Assembly (NCBI GenBank): GCA_964016885.1
Contig: OZ024740.1
Location: 159,960,001-160,024,000, forward strand
Length of the DNA: 64,000 nucleotides
From: Eledone cirrhosa
Taxonomy: Eukaryota
Direction of reading: 5' to 3'
The notes below the pieces were generated by a model, which saw only the letters and a program-made list of their open reading frames with translations, was not told the origin of the DNA and made no database searches. Positions 50,765-64,000 of the stretch are shown here, one piece after another. Each line of letters begins with the position of its first letter. Position 1 is the first letter of the stretch. The position numbers were made by a program, and so were the translations under genes.

Positions 50765-51560
50765 ATCCATGGAAAAGTTCTCTCCAGCGGTCTCTGTCCT
50801 TCATCATCGGCACCATGCCGTGCATCTCCCAGAGACCAGTGTCTGTCCTTAGAGCTTCAATATATGTCAACCTTGGTCTCCCACTTCTAGTGTGTCTGTG
50901 TAGGGGTTCCCGTACAGCTCTGAGTTCTTCATCCTCAGTGTATACTGATTAATGTTCAGATCCCCAACATTCTCGTGTAGCATCTATCCACCATCTGAGT
51001 TTTCTTGGTCAGTATCCAAATCTCAGACCCATACAGTAGCACAGACTCCACTGTAGCAATGAGGAGATGGATCTTCAGGTCTTTACGAATGTCCAAATTC
51101 CACACCGATCTCAAACAGTGGTATGCTGCCCAGGCTTTGCTCTTCCTCTCAACCACATCATCCTCTGTGTTCCCGGATACTTGAAGACCTCAACCAACTC
51201 TAGTAGCTTCCTGCCTACATACATAATCTTATCTGGCTTCTTAATGTTCTCTAACAGATACTTCATCTTAATCTCATTCATTCTTAGCCTCACACTCACC
51301 GACACAGTCTCCACCTCCTGCATCAACTCCTCTGACTCCTTCACTGTGTTTGTCACCAGATTCAGCATCTGATATCTTTTTTGCCTTAACTCTCCTGCTC
51401 TGAGCCAGTGCTACAGTAAAGCCAGAGTTCTGATGTTTCTCCAGCACAAGGCGCATACAATAGTCGATTGCAATGATACAAAGGTAGGGAACCAATGTAT
51501 ATCCCTGGAAAAAGTTTACCTCTGTTATTTCAGTCCTTTGATATGCGCTGTCCCGAAGTA
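50765..51560 (-). mobile_element. Degraded RTE/RTEX-like LINE RT fragment
   Basis: QGYTLVPYLCIIAIDYCMR, VEVFKYPG, ATVESVLLYGSEIW...DRCYTRML. Confidence 0.8.
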
Positions 51561-51722
51561 TGGTGTTGTTCACTATCAACCACAATACTACTGCAAAATG
51601 AGTGATAGTAGTGACCTGTTTACACTACTGCCGCTAAACGAAGTTAATTTTGACGTATTAACTTACACTTCTTGTTTATATATATATATATATATATACC
51701 TATCTATCTATCTATCTATCTA

Positions 51723-51760
<38 letters not shown>

Positions 51761-51830
51761 TATAGATAGATAGATAGATAGATAGATAGGTATATATATA
51801 TTATATATATATATAAACAAGAAGTGTAAG

Positions 51831-51938
<108 letters not shown>

Positions 51939-52050
51939 TAAACTTACACTTCTTGTTTATATATATATATAATATATATATACCTATCTATCTATCTATC
52001 TATCTATCTATATCTATATTAATAAAGAAATATATCTATCTATCTATCTA

Positions 52051-52085
<35 letters not shown>

Positions 52086-52087
<2 letters not shown>

Positions 52088-52425
52088 AGGCACATGGTTT
52101 AGTGGTTAGAGCATTGGCCTTGCAATCGAAAGGTTGTGAGTTCAATTCTCAGACTGGGTGATGTGTTGTTTCCTTGAGCAAGACACTTTATTTCACATTG
52201 CTCCAGTTTACTCAGCTGTAGAAATGAGATGATAGGACTATCATTCCACTGCAAAGTGGTCGTGAAGGTGCCACGGAAAAAAAGCACCCAGCACTCACTG
52301 TAAATGAGGTTGGTGTTAGGAAGGGCATCCAGCTGTAGAAATCAAGCCACAATCAGTTCCCGTCCCACCCTTGCAAGTAGGGAAAAGTGGACATAAAATG
52401 ATGATGATGATGATGATGATGATGA
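52086..52425 (+). mobile_element. tRNA-derived SINE (family 1)
   Basis: Matches 8223-8614. Confidence 0.9.
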
Positions 52426-52559
52426 TATATACTATAAAGTATGTCCATAGAATCATTTGATAATATATATACACCATTTACTCTCCCAATTAGCATATTC
52501 AACCACACACAAAACCAATTAAACCAGGCTATAAGATTAAAAGGCACCTATGAAGAAAT

Positions 52560-52810
52560 AGTAGATAAATAAATGACAGCCATCTATTCGCAATCAACCG
52601 CTATAGAATATTTACCCAACATTTCAATAGCACATGGAAATCGATTAAATATACCGTCAACCATACACAATTAGGTATAAAATTAAAGTTAGAAGAAAAA
52701 ATGCATATACTCATACCAGGATTACGTTTCTATCCTTAGAGTTTTGTTCGCTTTCGGAAATATCCTATCAAGGATAAATTCTTGAGCTTCGAACTCATCA
52801 GGAAACAAAC
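52560..52810. mobile_element. Probable Penelope remnant: GIY-YIG C-terminus (+) and degenerate hammerhead (-)
   Basis: TWKSI..RQPYT..LEEKMHIL across a frameshift; minus strand CTGATGA-GTTCG...CGAAC-AAAA. Confidence 0.4.
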
Positions 52811-53442
52811 TCACTTGGACAAAGATATTTCTTAAATGATCCCCGCCAGAAACGAATTCAAATGGCTAAGAACTGTGACGTGGCAGTGGTCAAGTCAGAA
52901 AGAATGTGATTGGTGGCTTACGGCAAGTGGGCTGGTTGCTAGAAAGCGCAGCCCAATATTGCATCTCAAACTTAAGGGAGATTATCAAATATAAAGATTT
53001 ACATATACACAAACTAGACAAAGTCACAGATATATATGTTTTGGCATATATATATATACTTCATGGAGACAACAAAAAGGTACAAAAAGTCTTATTAGTT
53101 TCACACTTTATATTGGAAAGAGGAAAGAATGTTCAACATGTTGGGCTTAAGCCCTTCATATATATATATATATATATATAAGATGATGAATCCTCCATTG
53201 GTTTTGATTCTGAGTATTCAGTCACTCATCCAATTAAATGTTTGACTTGAGAATTTGTATGTAAGCAGTTGAATAGTCCACTGGCATGTGTACCATTCAA
53301 CATAGTTAATAGGCAGCTAGAATGACACAATATGTGATGCAGCTGAACTTTTGAAATAAAAGTAATTCAAATGATGGGCCTCATAATTTCTGTCTACCCA
53401 ATTTTACTTAGCAAGTTGGGAAAAACTTATACAAACATTCAC

Positions 53443-53496
<54 letters not shown>

Positions 53497-54631
53497 ATAT
53501 ATATACATACACAGGGTGCTTCAAAAAGTTTGTGGAAAAAAGACAGTTGAAAAAAATGTTTTTTGTTGAATATTCAGTTTTATTTATATTAGCCCTTCAT
53601 TACCAAAACACACTTTAATTAATGATCTTAGTAATGAAATAGTAAATACTCCGAATGTTTCCAGTAACTGAATGAAATAAAGTGTACTTCATTAAAACTA
53701 CTGTATTATACAGAAAAGAAGCGCATAAATAAAGCAATGTATTTTGTTCTGTTTTTTTTAAAGAATTTGTCAACATTTTTATGAAGTATTTCACATTTTG
53801 TAAAGACACATAATGTCTTTGTTACAACTCTCTACTGAAAGACAATTAAAACAGATTAAAAAAAACCCAACTCTTCAATATTTGTTCATAGTATTATATA
53901 ATCTTAACATGTATTCATAACAAGAAAAAAAGCAACAAAATATAAAAAAAATAATGAAAATGTGCCTAGCGGAAAGATGATAAATTTCTATTTCCTCTAT
54001 TGTAATTTTTAAAATTTGCGTTCTTTTATTTATTCATTTTTGCTCTTGGTTCTATTTTTTTTTTAATGCTGTATATATATATTTAATTTTCCATTAAATA
54101 CAGACATGGCTGTGTGGTTAAGAGGTTTGCACACACATCCACATGGTTATAGGTTCAATTTTGCAGTGTGGCACATTAAAAAAGTGTCTTGTATGAATGA
54201 TTCAGGCTGAACAATGCCATGTGTGTGAAATTTGGTAGTTGGAAACTGTAAAACATATCACACACATGTGTGTTTGTTTTCATTCTTGTCTTTGCGTATA
54301 TCTACAATTTGACACTACTTAAATACCAGTTAATCACCACTGCCAATTGTTTATGTTGTTTAGCCTAGCAGTTCTATAGAGAAGATAAATCAAATAAGTT
54401 CCATGATTAATATAAAGTAAGTTTGGCATTAGGAAGAGCATCCAGCCTAAAAAAAATGTCTTGCTCAATTTGCTAGCATGGAAACTCAAATATAAAAGTG
54501 ATGATGATTTTTTTAATGCTATATATATATATAAATATACATACACACACACACAGGTAAAATTCCATTATGATGAATTTCATTAAAACAAATTTTTCAT
54601 TACAACGGAATTTCACAGTATATATATATAT

Positions 54632-55417
54632 GTAGGAAAGGAACTGGCATATATTCCATAAAATGTACGCAATACAGATCTTGGGTACACAAGAGATGTA
54701 GTGGGATAGCAGGCAAACTAACAGGTAGGGAAAACTACGTATGCAGTAGATGTACAGGGAAAATTGGCAGTAGTAATCACAGTGATACACATTTTTCCAA
54801 TGCAGGTGGGTTCTATAGAAGTGGTTGATATCTTCCAGTACCTAGGTGATCAGATTAGCATGGGGGTCTTCCAAGGCCATAGTGTCTAGAATAAGGACGA
54901 ACTGGAAGAAGTTTAGGGAGCTGCTTCCTCTGTTGACAAAGAAGGGTTTCTCCCTGCGTACAAAAGACCGGTTATATGATGCCTGTGTGAGATGCGCGAT
55001 GCTGCATGGTAGTGAGACATGGGCAGCAACTGCAGAAGATATGCGAGAGAAATGAAGCAAGTATGCTCCATTGGATGTGCAATGCCAATGTACATGAACG
55101 ACCAAGCCGAGAAAGAAACTGGGTATAAGAGGGATAAGTTGTGGCATGCAAGAGAGAAGGCTGAGATGGTATGGATGTGTGATGCACATGGAGGATGACT
55201 GCTGGGTAAAGAAGTGCTAAGAAATCCCAGTAGAAGGAAGACGCAGTAGAGGTAGACCACGATAAACATGAGCGGAGGTGGTGAGAGCAGACCTCAGATT
55301 GCTGAAACTCACGGGGGAGATGACGAAGGACCGTGGCAAGTGGAGAGATGCTGTGCTGAATAGGACCCGTCCCACCCTTGCAAGCAGGCAAAAGCGGACG
55401 TAAAATGATGATGATGA
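54632..55417 (+). mobile_element. RTE family A 3' fragment, degraded
   Basis: Homologous to 24870-25695. Confidence 0.92.
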
Positions 55418-55424
55418 TATATAT

Positions 55425-55660
55425 GGAGCTGGGGAAGAGAAACGGAAAATTGGCTCCGAGGAAAAGCGTGCTTGAAAAAAGAACAACAGAATAGCACTGG
55501 TGGAGAACATCTACATATGTCACTGTATACAGGACTGCCACTCCCATGTGGGCCTGTACAGCTGCAGCAGACACTGCACTGCCATCAGCAGCTGACACAA
55601 AATTCTTGAGGTGCAGATCTATGGTTTTTTGAGACTAACGTATGCTGATAATAATAATAG
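55425..55660 (+). mobile_element. RTE 3' end with zinc-finger remnant and (TAA)n tail
   Basis: YICHCIQDCHSHVGLYSCSRHC resembles the RTE C..C.R.C.SRIGL.SH motif. Confidence 0.65.
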
Positions 55661-55906
55661 CAATAATAATAATAATATATATAGTAATAATAATAAATTT
55701 GAAGACTAAAATCCAAAGAGGGCTCGATAAGGATAAATATTGGCAACATGACCCTCCCAAAGTATAACACTATCGGTTTCAACACACGATTTCAGATAAA
55801 GAATCTTGCCAAACAAATTCAGAAACGAAATATATATATATATATTATATATATAATAATATATATATATATATATAATAATATATATATATATACATAC
55901 ATATTG

Positions 55907-55951
<45 letters not shown>

Positions 55952-56446
55952 ATAATAAATATTTTAATAAATATATATATATATATATATACATATATAT
56001 ATTTCCAATCCCAAGTTAAAATGTTGAACCACTATTTTTTGCCAAAATATTCAGATATTCAGATATCTCATGAAAAAGTAAAAAAGTAAACCCAGGTTCA
56101 TTGCAAACAACAGATCGATATTTGTGAATCTAAGTATTATCTTGAGCAAATGTTATGATGAAGAAATGAAATTTTTTACATTATCATTTTCGGATGTATG
56201 CAAAGGGGAAATCTATAAGGGCTACATGACCTTTATGTTATTTGATGTCTAGAAATAGTATTATTATTGTAATTAATTGTACTATCTTTATTCATTTGGA
56301 CTTTTATTAAATCATAGAGTATTTTGAATTCTTTTGTAAATTTCAACACCTCAAAAGTAGTAATTATGTAATAGTCAAACCCCATAAATTTAACCAGAAA
56401 AAGTTAGTCTAAAAAAATTTGGCTTTTACATGAGTATATATGGTGA

Positions 56447-56700
56447 TTAGAATGACACAAGTTGGTAGAGTCTTTTATGTACTGGATTAAAAATGTTTTG
56501 ATATTTGTGCTGGATCACTGTTCTCAAGGTCAAGTTTGATTTTCTTCTTTTGAAGGTCGATAAGTAAAGCATCATTACTGAGAATGTTCTTCTGCTGATT
56601 AATTCTCTCTTTCTGGAAGAATTTGGTTGTATTCCAACTAGGAGAAGCATGCGGGACCATTCCAGATTTATAGGACAGGGCATTTATCCCAGGATTCATA
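56447..56700 (-). mobile_element. Possible Penelope GIY-YIG C-terminal remnant
   Basis: INLEWS...QPNSSRKR...LYLST...NL....IQHK; weak similarity only. Confidence 0.3.
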
Positions 56701-57411
56701 TTAGCTGGAGGCTTTAGCAGCAATGGTGAGGCCTAGTAAGATAGATGTATCCTGTGGCTGCCAAAGGTGTGCCCTCTGATAGGCTTTGTGGTTTTATCTT
56801 TTAACACACCAAAAAAATACTTTTAACAAAAAGTACTTAATGTCAATCCTGTGGTCAATTCATTGATATTTCTCTACTTTAGCTACATTAGATGCCTGTT
56901 GAAGAAGATAAGGGGATGTGATCGTCCAGTTTTATGCAAGAATATGGTGTATATGTTTATGTATGCATGTGTGTATGGGTGTATTTATAAATGCAAATAT
57001 ATATTTGTGTATGTATCTGTTTTTAAATAGATCTAAGTGTGGAAAGAGCACTTAAAATTAAAGTGATCAGATTTTTTCAAATAACATCTGTTTGCATAAT
57101 TTAACAATTCCAATTACATGTGCCAAATCGGCTTTGAAATGTAAACGTGGGAGCTTGTTGTGTATTTTTATTTTTGTGCATATGAGGGGCTTCCTACACA
57201 TCTGAAGTGCCCTGGGACCTTCAAGTTCTGAATCTGGCCCTGGAAGTATGATTTCTAGCAGGTTTCAAATTCCCAAGACATATCATAATTCAAACAGTCC
57301 CTCTATGATTCTAACAGGAATTAAGAGCCCTTGACTTTTTGCTTTTATTTATACATTAATTATTTTTTAATATTTTTCCATTTAGAAAAATAAAATCTTT
57401 TTTTTTTACAG

Positions 57412-57599
57412 TATGGAAATGAAATATTTAACAAAGGACGTATTATGAATGCTGCTTTCAAAGAAGCCTTAAAACTGTACACATTTCACTGTTGTATATT
57501 CCACGATGTTGATTTAATACCTGAAGATGACCGGAATATGTATTCCTGTCCAGAATATCCCCGGCATTTATCTGTGGCCATAGATGAAATGGAATACAA
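57412..57599 (+). CDS. Internal exon of a glycosyltransferase family 7 gene (beta-1,4-galactosyl/N-acetylgalactosaminyltransferase, B4GALT/bre-4-like)
   Basis: Poly-T-ACAG acceptor, GTAAG donor, 188 nt (phase 0 to 2): YGNEIFNKGRIMNAAFKEALKLYTFHCCIFHDVDLIPEDDRNMYSCPEYPRHLSVAIDEMEY. Contains the FN(R/K), DVD and PRH motifs. Confidence 0.96.
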
Positions 57600-59144
57600 G
57601 TAAGCTTATTTCTCAATCAATTCTTAACTATAATTTCTTCCAACGCTTTTGATATAATACTGCCTGGAATTGCTCCTAGTTCTATGCTACTGAATTGGTT
57701 GTTTTGAAGTATTTAAATTTCTCTAAAAAAAAAAAAAAAATTTCACAAATTTCTGTTAGAATCTTTATTAAGATATATTACAAACACCAGCTCAATAAGT
57801 AAATTAGTTATATAACCCAAATTTTTTATTTGTTTCAACATTATTTAAAAATCATGGAAATATGGTAATAAAGAGTTTTAAATGTATGATGTATATGTTG
57901 AATAAATTATTTTTCATTTTCAGTTCTTCACATATTTTATGGAACAGAATATTTGCTACAGGATGTTTATATATTCATTTGGACACTTTTAAGCAGTCAT
58001 AACATTTGAGGTCAATGATATAAATCGAGAGGGCTAGACAGAAGGACTACATGTCCCTACTTCTCAATTTCTCATATTGAGGGCTTATAGCATCTAGCCG
58101 CATCAAGGCTCAACCATACAGTTCTTATCATACTCCCTTGTCTTAATACATATTTCCATCACTGTTTAATGTATACGTTATCAAAATATACCATAAATTG
58201 CTTTATTAACACCTTATATACGAACCTTGATGAAACTGTTCCTAGTTCACCTTTAAAGCTTTTTTAAAGTGTTTATATTTTTCTAAAGTCAATCTAATAC
58301 AATTTTATGTAAGAACCTTTAAGTTATGTTTCAAATACCAACTTAATAATGAGAAAGTTACTTATAGAACAAAATTTCCCTAAATTCTTGATTATTATCA
58401 AAGTTATGTGAAAATCATAGGCAGTGTTTCTTTTTTATTAGAAATATGGTGATGAAAGGGTTAATACACATGCCATTTCCAATATTCAGCTACTATCTTT
58501 TGTAACGCGTTGAGCAAACTGGATTTTCAACTCATTAAACACATTCTTATATTGCTAATCAATTATAATAAAATGTTTGAAAAATGTTTACCTCAATGCA
58601 GCTATAGATAAATAATAGCAACTATGAATAATAGTAAAAAAATGTTGTGTAAAGTACCCCTGGAGATGAAAATAACTGTACAGAAATGCCTGTGGGTATT
58701 GAACCATACATCTCTCATATGCTGAGCAAACATATTTAAAAATCTTCAACCAACTATCATTTATTTGAAACTTTAGGTATTAAGTTACATGTGTAAATAA
58801 CATTTGGTTAGTTCATGAAGCATTAAGAAAATTAAAAATTTGAAAATATTTTAGCCTCAACCCATGGAAAGTTATCTGCATGGAATTTCCCCAGTGCTTT
58901 GTAAATGTTAATTTCAATAAGTAATAATTAATCAGCATGTTTGTAAAAAAATACAAATGCATAAAACATTTACAAATAAATCATTTATATGCAGAATATA
59001 TTATATCATCTGTAGGTCCAAAGTTATTATCACTTAAAATTGCACAAGAACTTTATATACAACCTGTATATAATTTAAGAATGTATAAATTGGATATGTT
59101 TGGCCATATAAAATTCTGTAATAGAAAGAGTATATATATATATA

Positions 59145-59490
59145 CTCTTCTTCTTTGCCCACTTGAGAGGGTCGTGAGGCCAAAGTCCTCAAACATTCCT
59201 TTCAGCAGGTCCTGTCAGAAGCAACTATTTCCAACTGATCCGGCTGAATCTCCAAGCAAGAGCTGCCGAATGCATGGATGTTATCCAACCATCTCACTTA
59301 GGGTCTACCCCCGGGTCTCCTGTCAGTTGGTTTTGCCCTTAATATTTGTCCAGCGATTCTTCAGGAAGGATTTCACCAGCAATGTTGTCAAGGAACCTGT
59401 CCAGTATAATCCTACATAAGACCTTGCCTACAACAGACAGAATGGATATCCCATGGCAATTGCTATAGTCGTCCCTTCCACCTTTATAGA
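59145..59490 (-). mobile_element. RTE remnant, internally deleted
   Basis: YKGGRDDYSNCHGISILSVVGKVLCRIILDRF...EILPEE joined to an RTE C-terminus. Confidence 0.75.
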
Positions 59491-60959
59491 AAACCACCAC
59501 CACTACACACACACGCGCGCACGCACGCATGCGCGCACACACACACACACACATAGAGAGAGAGAGATATATATACTCACCTTTATGCATGTTCAGGTGT
59601 ATTCATTATTTGGAAATGTTTGGCAAGTAAATTTTGAATCTGAAATAATCTAAAATTTGCCAAATCTCATATAACAATAGAACCACAGTGACAAGATTAT
59701 GTAAATGTACAAGGAAAGATTTTTGAAGCTATTGAGCCTGAAAATTAAAGTGTATAACAAAATAATACATCAACTAAGAACTAATATGATTCAACCCAAA
59801 TACAAAATTATATATGCATGCATGTGTGTCTTTCTACCTGTAAATATATGTGTTTGTGTGTGTTATCATTGTCATTTTATGTACCCTTTCCATGCTGCCA
59901 TGGGTTGGATGTGTTCTTACAGTCTCAGACCAGATGGGTCTGAATAACCAATCATACTTGTTATGGTCAATATTTGGCATGGTTTCTATGGCAGATGCTC
60001 TCCTTAACATGTTGTTCATGACACTAGCACAGGTATGTTTTTTGTAAGACCAATACTAGCAGTTTATAGAGTTGACTTTCTGCATTTTATCATGGTATCA
60101 ACACTAACATTTTGCAGGGTGTATCAGGTACATATTATAGCACCAATATTACAGAGGTTGTATGTGTGTGGTTATATTATTATACATTATAAGATGGAAT
60201 ATGATGTTTGGTTCTAGTTCCTGGACTTCAGAATTGAATAATATTAGTGAACAGAGGGGTTAAGAAGTTTGCTTAAACATTGTGAGGCTCTGGATTTGAT
60301 CCTATTGCATGACATTTTGTGCAAATACTTTTACCATAGCTTTGGGTTGATCTTAGTCTTGTGAGTACAATTGGGTAGATATTAAATGTGTGAGAACCCA
60401 TCAGATGGACTGCAGACATAATGCAAAGGTTCCTCCTTGTGACATGTAGTGTTATGCCTAAGATTTACATTAAGGGTACATGTGATTTTTGAATTACAGG
60501 TACAATCCATCCAACAGGCCCCCATGAAGTTGTGATTCCTGAATTTCCCTCACAAAGATTGGGTTAATCTGAGGTTATTGTGAATGACACTTATACAAGA
60601 TTCCATGCAATGAGATCGAACTTTGAAAGTCATGATAACATAGCAAACTTCCTGACTGCTCAGCCATCTCTACTCCTACTGTAATTACATCTAGAACAAC
60701 AACAATGAATATTACAACAGCATCAACAAATGCAACAATAACAGCAGCAACAAGAACTACTACAGCAAACAACTGCAACAACTATAATAACGATAACAAT
60801 ACAAGGAGAAAGAATTTATCCTGTCTTCCTTTACATTATCATTTTTACACAGAATATCGCACATAGAGATATAAGCCATTGCTGTGTCCACCTAAAATGT
60901 TAGTTTTACAAACAGATTTATTTTGTGCTCTCACATCACTCTCACCCTATTCCTTTATC

Positions 60960-61120
60960 GCTCCCCCTCTCCCCTCCTCTTTCCATCTGATAGTTCTCTC
61001 TCATCATCTCTCTCCTTTTCTATCCTCTATCTTTCTTTCTCTCTCCTTCTCTACCCTCTATCTATTTTTCTTTCTCTCTCATTCTGTATCCTTCTTTCCT
61101 TTCTCTCTCCTTTTCTATCC

Positions 61121-61155
<35 letters not shown>

Positions 61156-61200
61156 CTCTCCTTCTCTCTCCTTCTCTCTCCTTCTCTCTCTCCCCTCCAA
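60960..61200. repeat. CT-rich low-complexity tract
   Basis: Directly visible. Confidence 0.9.
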
Positions 61201-61469
61201 AGCTCTAACCCACTCACCGATACTGTTACCCACCAACCAAATCTAATGTTCGTTGTAGATACCCAATTATCTTCTGCTCAGATTGCTGTGGCTTCTCAAC
61301 CATGCTATCCTTGGTGGTATGGAACGATGTTTGAAAGGTTAGATAATTTTGTAGGTTATATTAAGTAAAGGTCTGTTTGTTGGGTTTTTTCCATCACTGC
61401 AAATTGTGTGGAGTAGAGGTCACAAGTTATGGACTGTGGCAAACTGGAAACAGCTGCAGTTGCAGAATC

Positions 61470-62260
61470 AGTTGTGGTGGGGGTGTTGGTAATGTTGTTG
61501 GTGAGGCTATTGGTAGTGTTGATGTTGTTGGTGGGGATGTTGGTGGTGTTGGTGTTGATGATGGTTGTGATGATGGTAGTGTTTGTGGTGGGGATATTGG
61601 TAGTGTTGATGTTGTTGGTGGGGATGTTGTTGGTGTTGGTGTTGATGATGGTTGTGATGATGGTAGTGTTGGTGGTGGGGATATTGGTAGTGTTGATGTT
61701 GTTGGTGGGGATGTTGGTAGTGTTAGTGTTGTTGGTGGTTGTGATGATGGTAGTGTTTGTGGTGGGGATATTGGTAGTGTTGATGTTGTTGGTGGGGATA
61801 TTGGTGTTGATGATGGTAGTGTTGGTGGTGGGGATATTGGTAGTGTTGATGTTATTGGTGTTGTTGGTGGTTGTGATGACGGTAGTGTTGTTGGTGGTGT
61901 TGGTGGGGATGTTGGGAAGTATTGATGTTAGTGTTTGTGGTGGAGTTAGTGGTGGTGATATTGGTGGTGGCATATTTGGGTGTTGATGTAAGTGGTGGTG
62001 GAGGTGATAGTGACGGTGTTCATGGTGTTGAAGGTGGTGTTGGTGTTGCTATTGAAGGAGAGGGTGCTGTTGTTGGTGCTGGTGGTGGGGGCATGGTGTT
62101 GGCCATAGTGATGATACTGTTGTTGGAACTGGTGTTTCTATTGGTGGTAATGTTGGTTACGGTGGTGGATAGGATTGTTGTTGTTGTTACTAGGTGAAAT
62201 AGATGTGGATTAGTGGTTGTAGTTGTTGTTGGTGGTGGTGATGGTAGCAGGGGTAGTTGT
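61470..62260. repeat. GGT/GTT-rich minisatellite (about 72-75-bp higher-order unit at 61510-61860)
   Basis: GGGGATATTGGTAGTGTTGATGTTGTTGGT recurs. Confidence 0.9.
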
Positions 62261-64000
62261 GGTAAAGCATTGGTGTCAGTGGTAGTATGTAGCTTCCCCT
62301 TCTCCCACACTGCTTCTTTATTGCCTATGTTGTGGTATGCTTATGCACTTGTCTAAATTGCACTGCTCCATCAAGTGGTGCATTTGTGCCAGTGCATGCC
62401 TAGGGAGTAATCATGATGTTTACAATAAGTTGGCTTTTGTTACAGAATATCAATTTGTCTATTGAATATATGTGTGAGCATATGGGCATGCGTGCATGTG
62501 TGTGTGTTTCTGTGTGGGCATAGTTGCATGTTTGTGTGTGTTGCTATATGGGTTGTGTGCATGTTTATGTGTGTGTGTCTGTATATGTGGGTGTATGTGT
62601 ATGTATTTATGAGTTTGTAGATTGTGTTTGAGTTTGTGTAGAATGGTGTTTCTGTGGTGTGTATGCATGTGTGCATGTGTGTGTGTGGGGGGTGGGGGTG
62701 GGGTGCATGTGATATGCATGTGTGTATGTTTGTGTATGTCTCTGTGGGTTTGTGTGTGTGTGTTTGTGTGAGTGTCTGTGCATTTATAAATAAGTGTATG
62801 TGTGTGTGGTTGTAAATATACATATTTGTGTACTCTGGAGGTTTATGTGGATGTTTATATGTTTGTACATTGCATGAGAGTGTCTGTCCATTTGTGACTT
62901 CATGTGGGTGTGACTGTATGTATATTATTTGTGTGTGTGTGTCTGGAGGTGTGCATGTGATATGCACATGTGCTTTTCTATTACATATTTATATCTTTAT
63001 TGTGCTTTGCTTTAATGATAATGCTTCTATTATGCACACTCTGCAGATGCTGACATCCATAAACACAACCACACACACATTATGTGTGTAAGGCTTGGCT
63101 GTGTGGTTAAGAAGTGTTAGTTGAAGAAGATTTGGTTGATATTTTTTGCGGGTTCAGCAACCATATAGAGGTTCTGTCAGTGGTTCATTTTGCCACTCTA
63201 AAAACATATTTAAAAATATGTTTTATAGCAATTGAAACAGGAATTTCTTTAGTGCCGGTGGCAGAAAAATGCACCCAGTAGACCTTATGAGGTGGTTGGT
63301 GACAGAAAAGGTATCCAGATGTAGAGGCTATGCCAAGAAAAGATTGAGAGGACTCTTCAGTTGTGTTAAGGGCAAAACAACCTCTCTAGTTTTGGTGATC
63401 TACATGATAAACACACCTAGTACTCTCTCCAGCTGTAGAAAATCTGACAAAGGCCAAGAGGGCTCATTAGCTGTGTTGTAGACATAATTTTCCTTGAACT
63501 AGTGTTTGGATAAAATACACTTGGTCCGTTCTATAAAATGCAGGATAATATATAAATGAGAAGAGACTTCTGGGCCATCAAAGAGGTCAGTATCTCTGAT
63601 TAAGCAGGGATTTTGAACTTTTAATTATGATGATGGCTTCTCAAGAGTTTTGGCAGTGAGTATTCAGGTGGTCAACTGGACTACTTGTTCATTGAATTAG
63701 CATGTAAATGACTGACTATTTCATAGCCACATATCCACTTAATGTAATTTCCAGTCAAAATCAACATGACACAATATATGACAAGGCTGGACTTTTGAAA
63801 TATACCCTCAATTTAAGCCTCTTTCTATTCAATTCTCTTACTCTCTTACTTTCTCTAGGAGAAATCTGCTATATTCAGAACTGTAGCGGAGGTGGGCTCA
63901 GCCAGGCTTTAAACATGCTCTAGAGATGCTGTATGTCAATATATCAGATCTACAACCCCCTAATTCATTATAGGTCCAATGAATGAATGAATTATACAAT

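Noticed and set aside
61356-61986. Thr/Asn-rich mucin-like or Val-rich ORFs
   Set aside because: GGT/GTT minisatellite open in several frames, with no splice or domain support.

Overview
AT-rich eukaryotic genomic DNA dominated by (TA)n/(TATG)n microsatellites and transposon debris. The repeat content suggests an octopus/coleoid cephalopod (inference). Only one host exon is recognisable: 57412-57599 (+), a GT7 beta-1,4-galactosyl/GalNAc-transferase (B4GALT/bre-4-like) exon missed by the ORF track, so most of the window is probably intronic. Mobile elements include several RTE LINE families (two with a PHD-type finger inside the RT), a Tx1/L1-like LINE with TSD, a possible CRE remnant, mariner and maT (DD37D) transposons, a Helitron, piggyBac-like MITEs, two tRNA-SINE families and Penelope GIY-YIG remnants. 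The main hidden signal is about 12 type I hammerhead ribozyme motifs from several unrelated sequence families. Many sit in short non-coding elements with partial-tandem plus inverted-arm architecture (Penelope pLTR/retrozyme-like), with monomers of 420 and about 520-540 bp. There is also a degenerate HDV-like ribozyme heading a bipartite non-autonomous RTE. All folds were paired by eye. Most ORF-track entries (YIYI...) are microsatellite artefacts.
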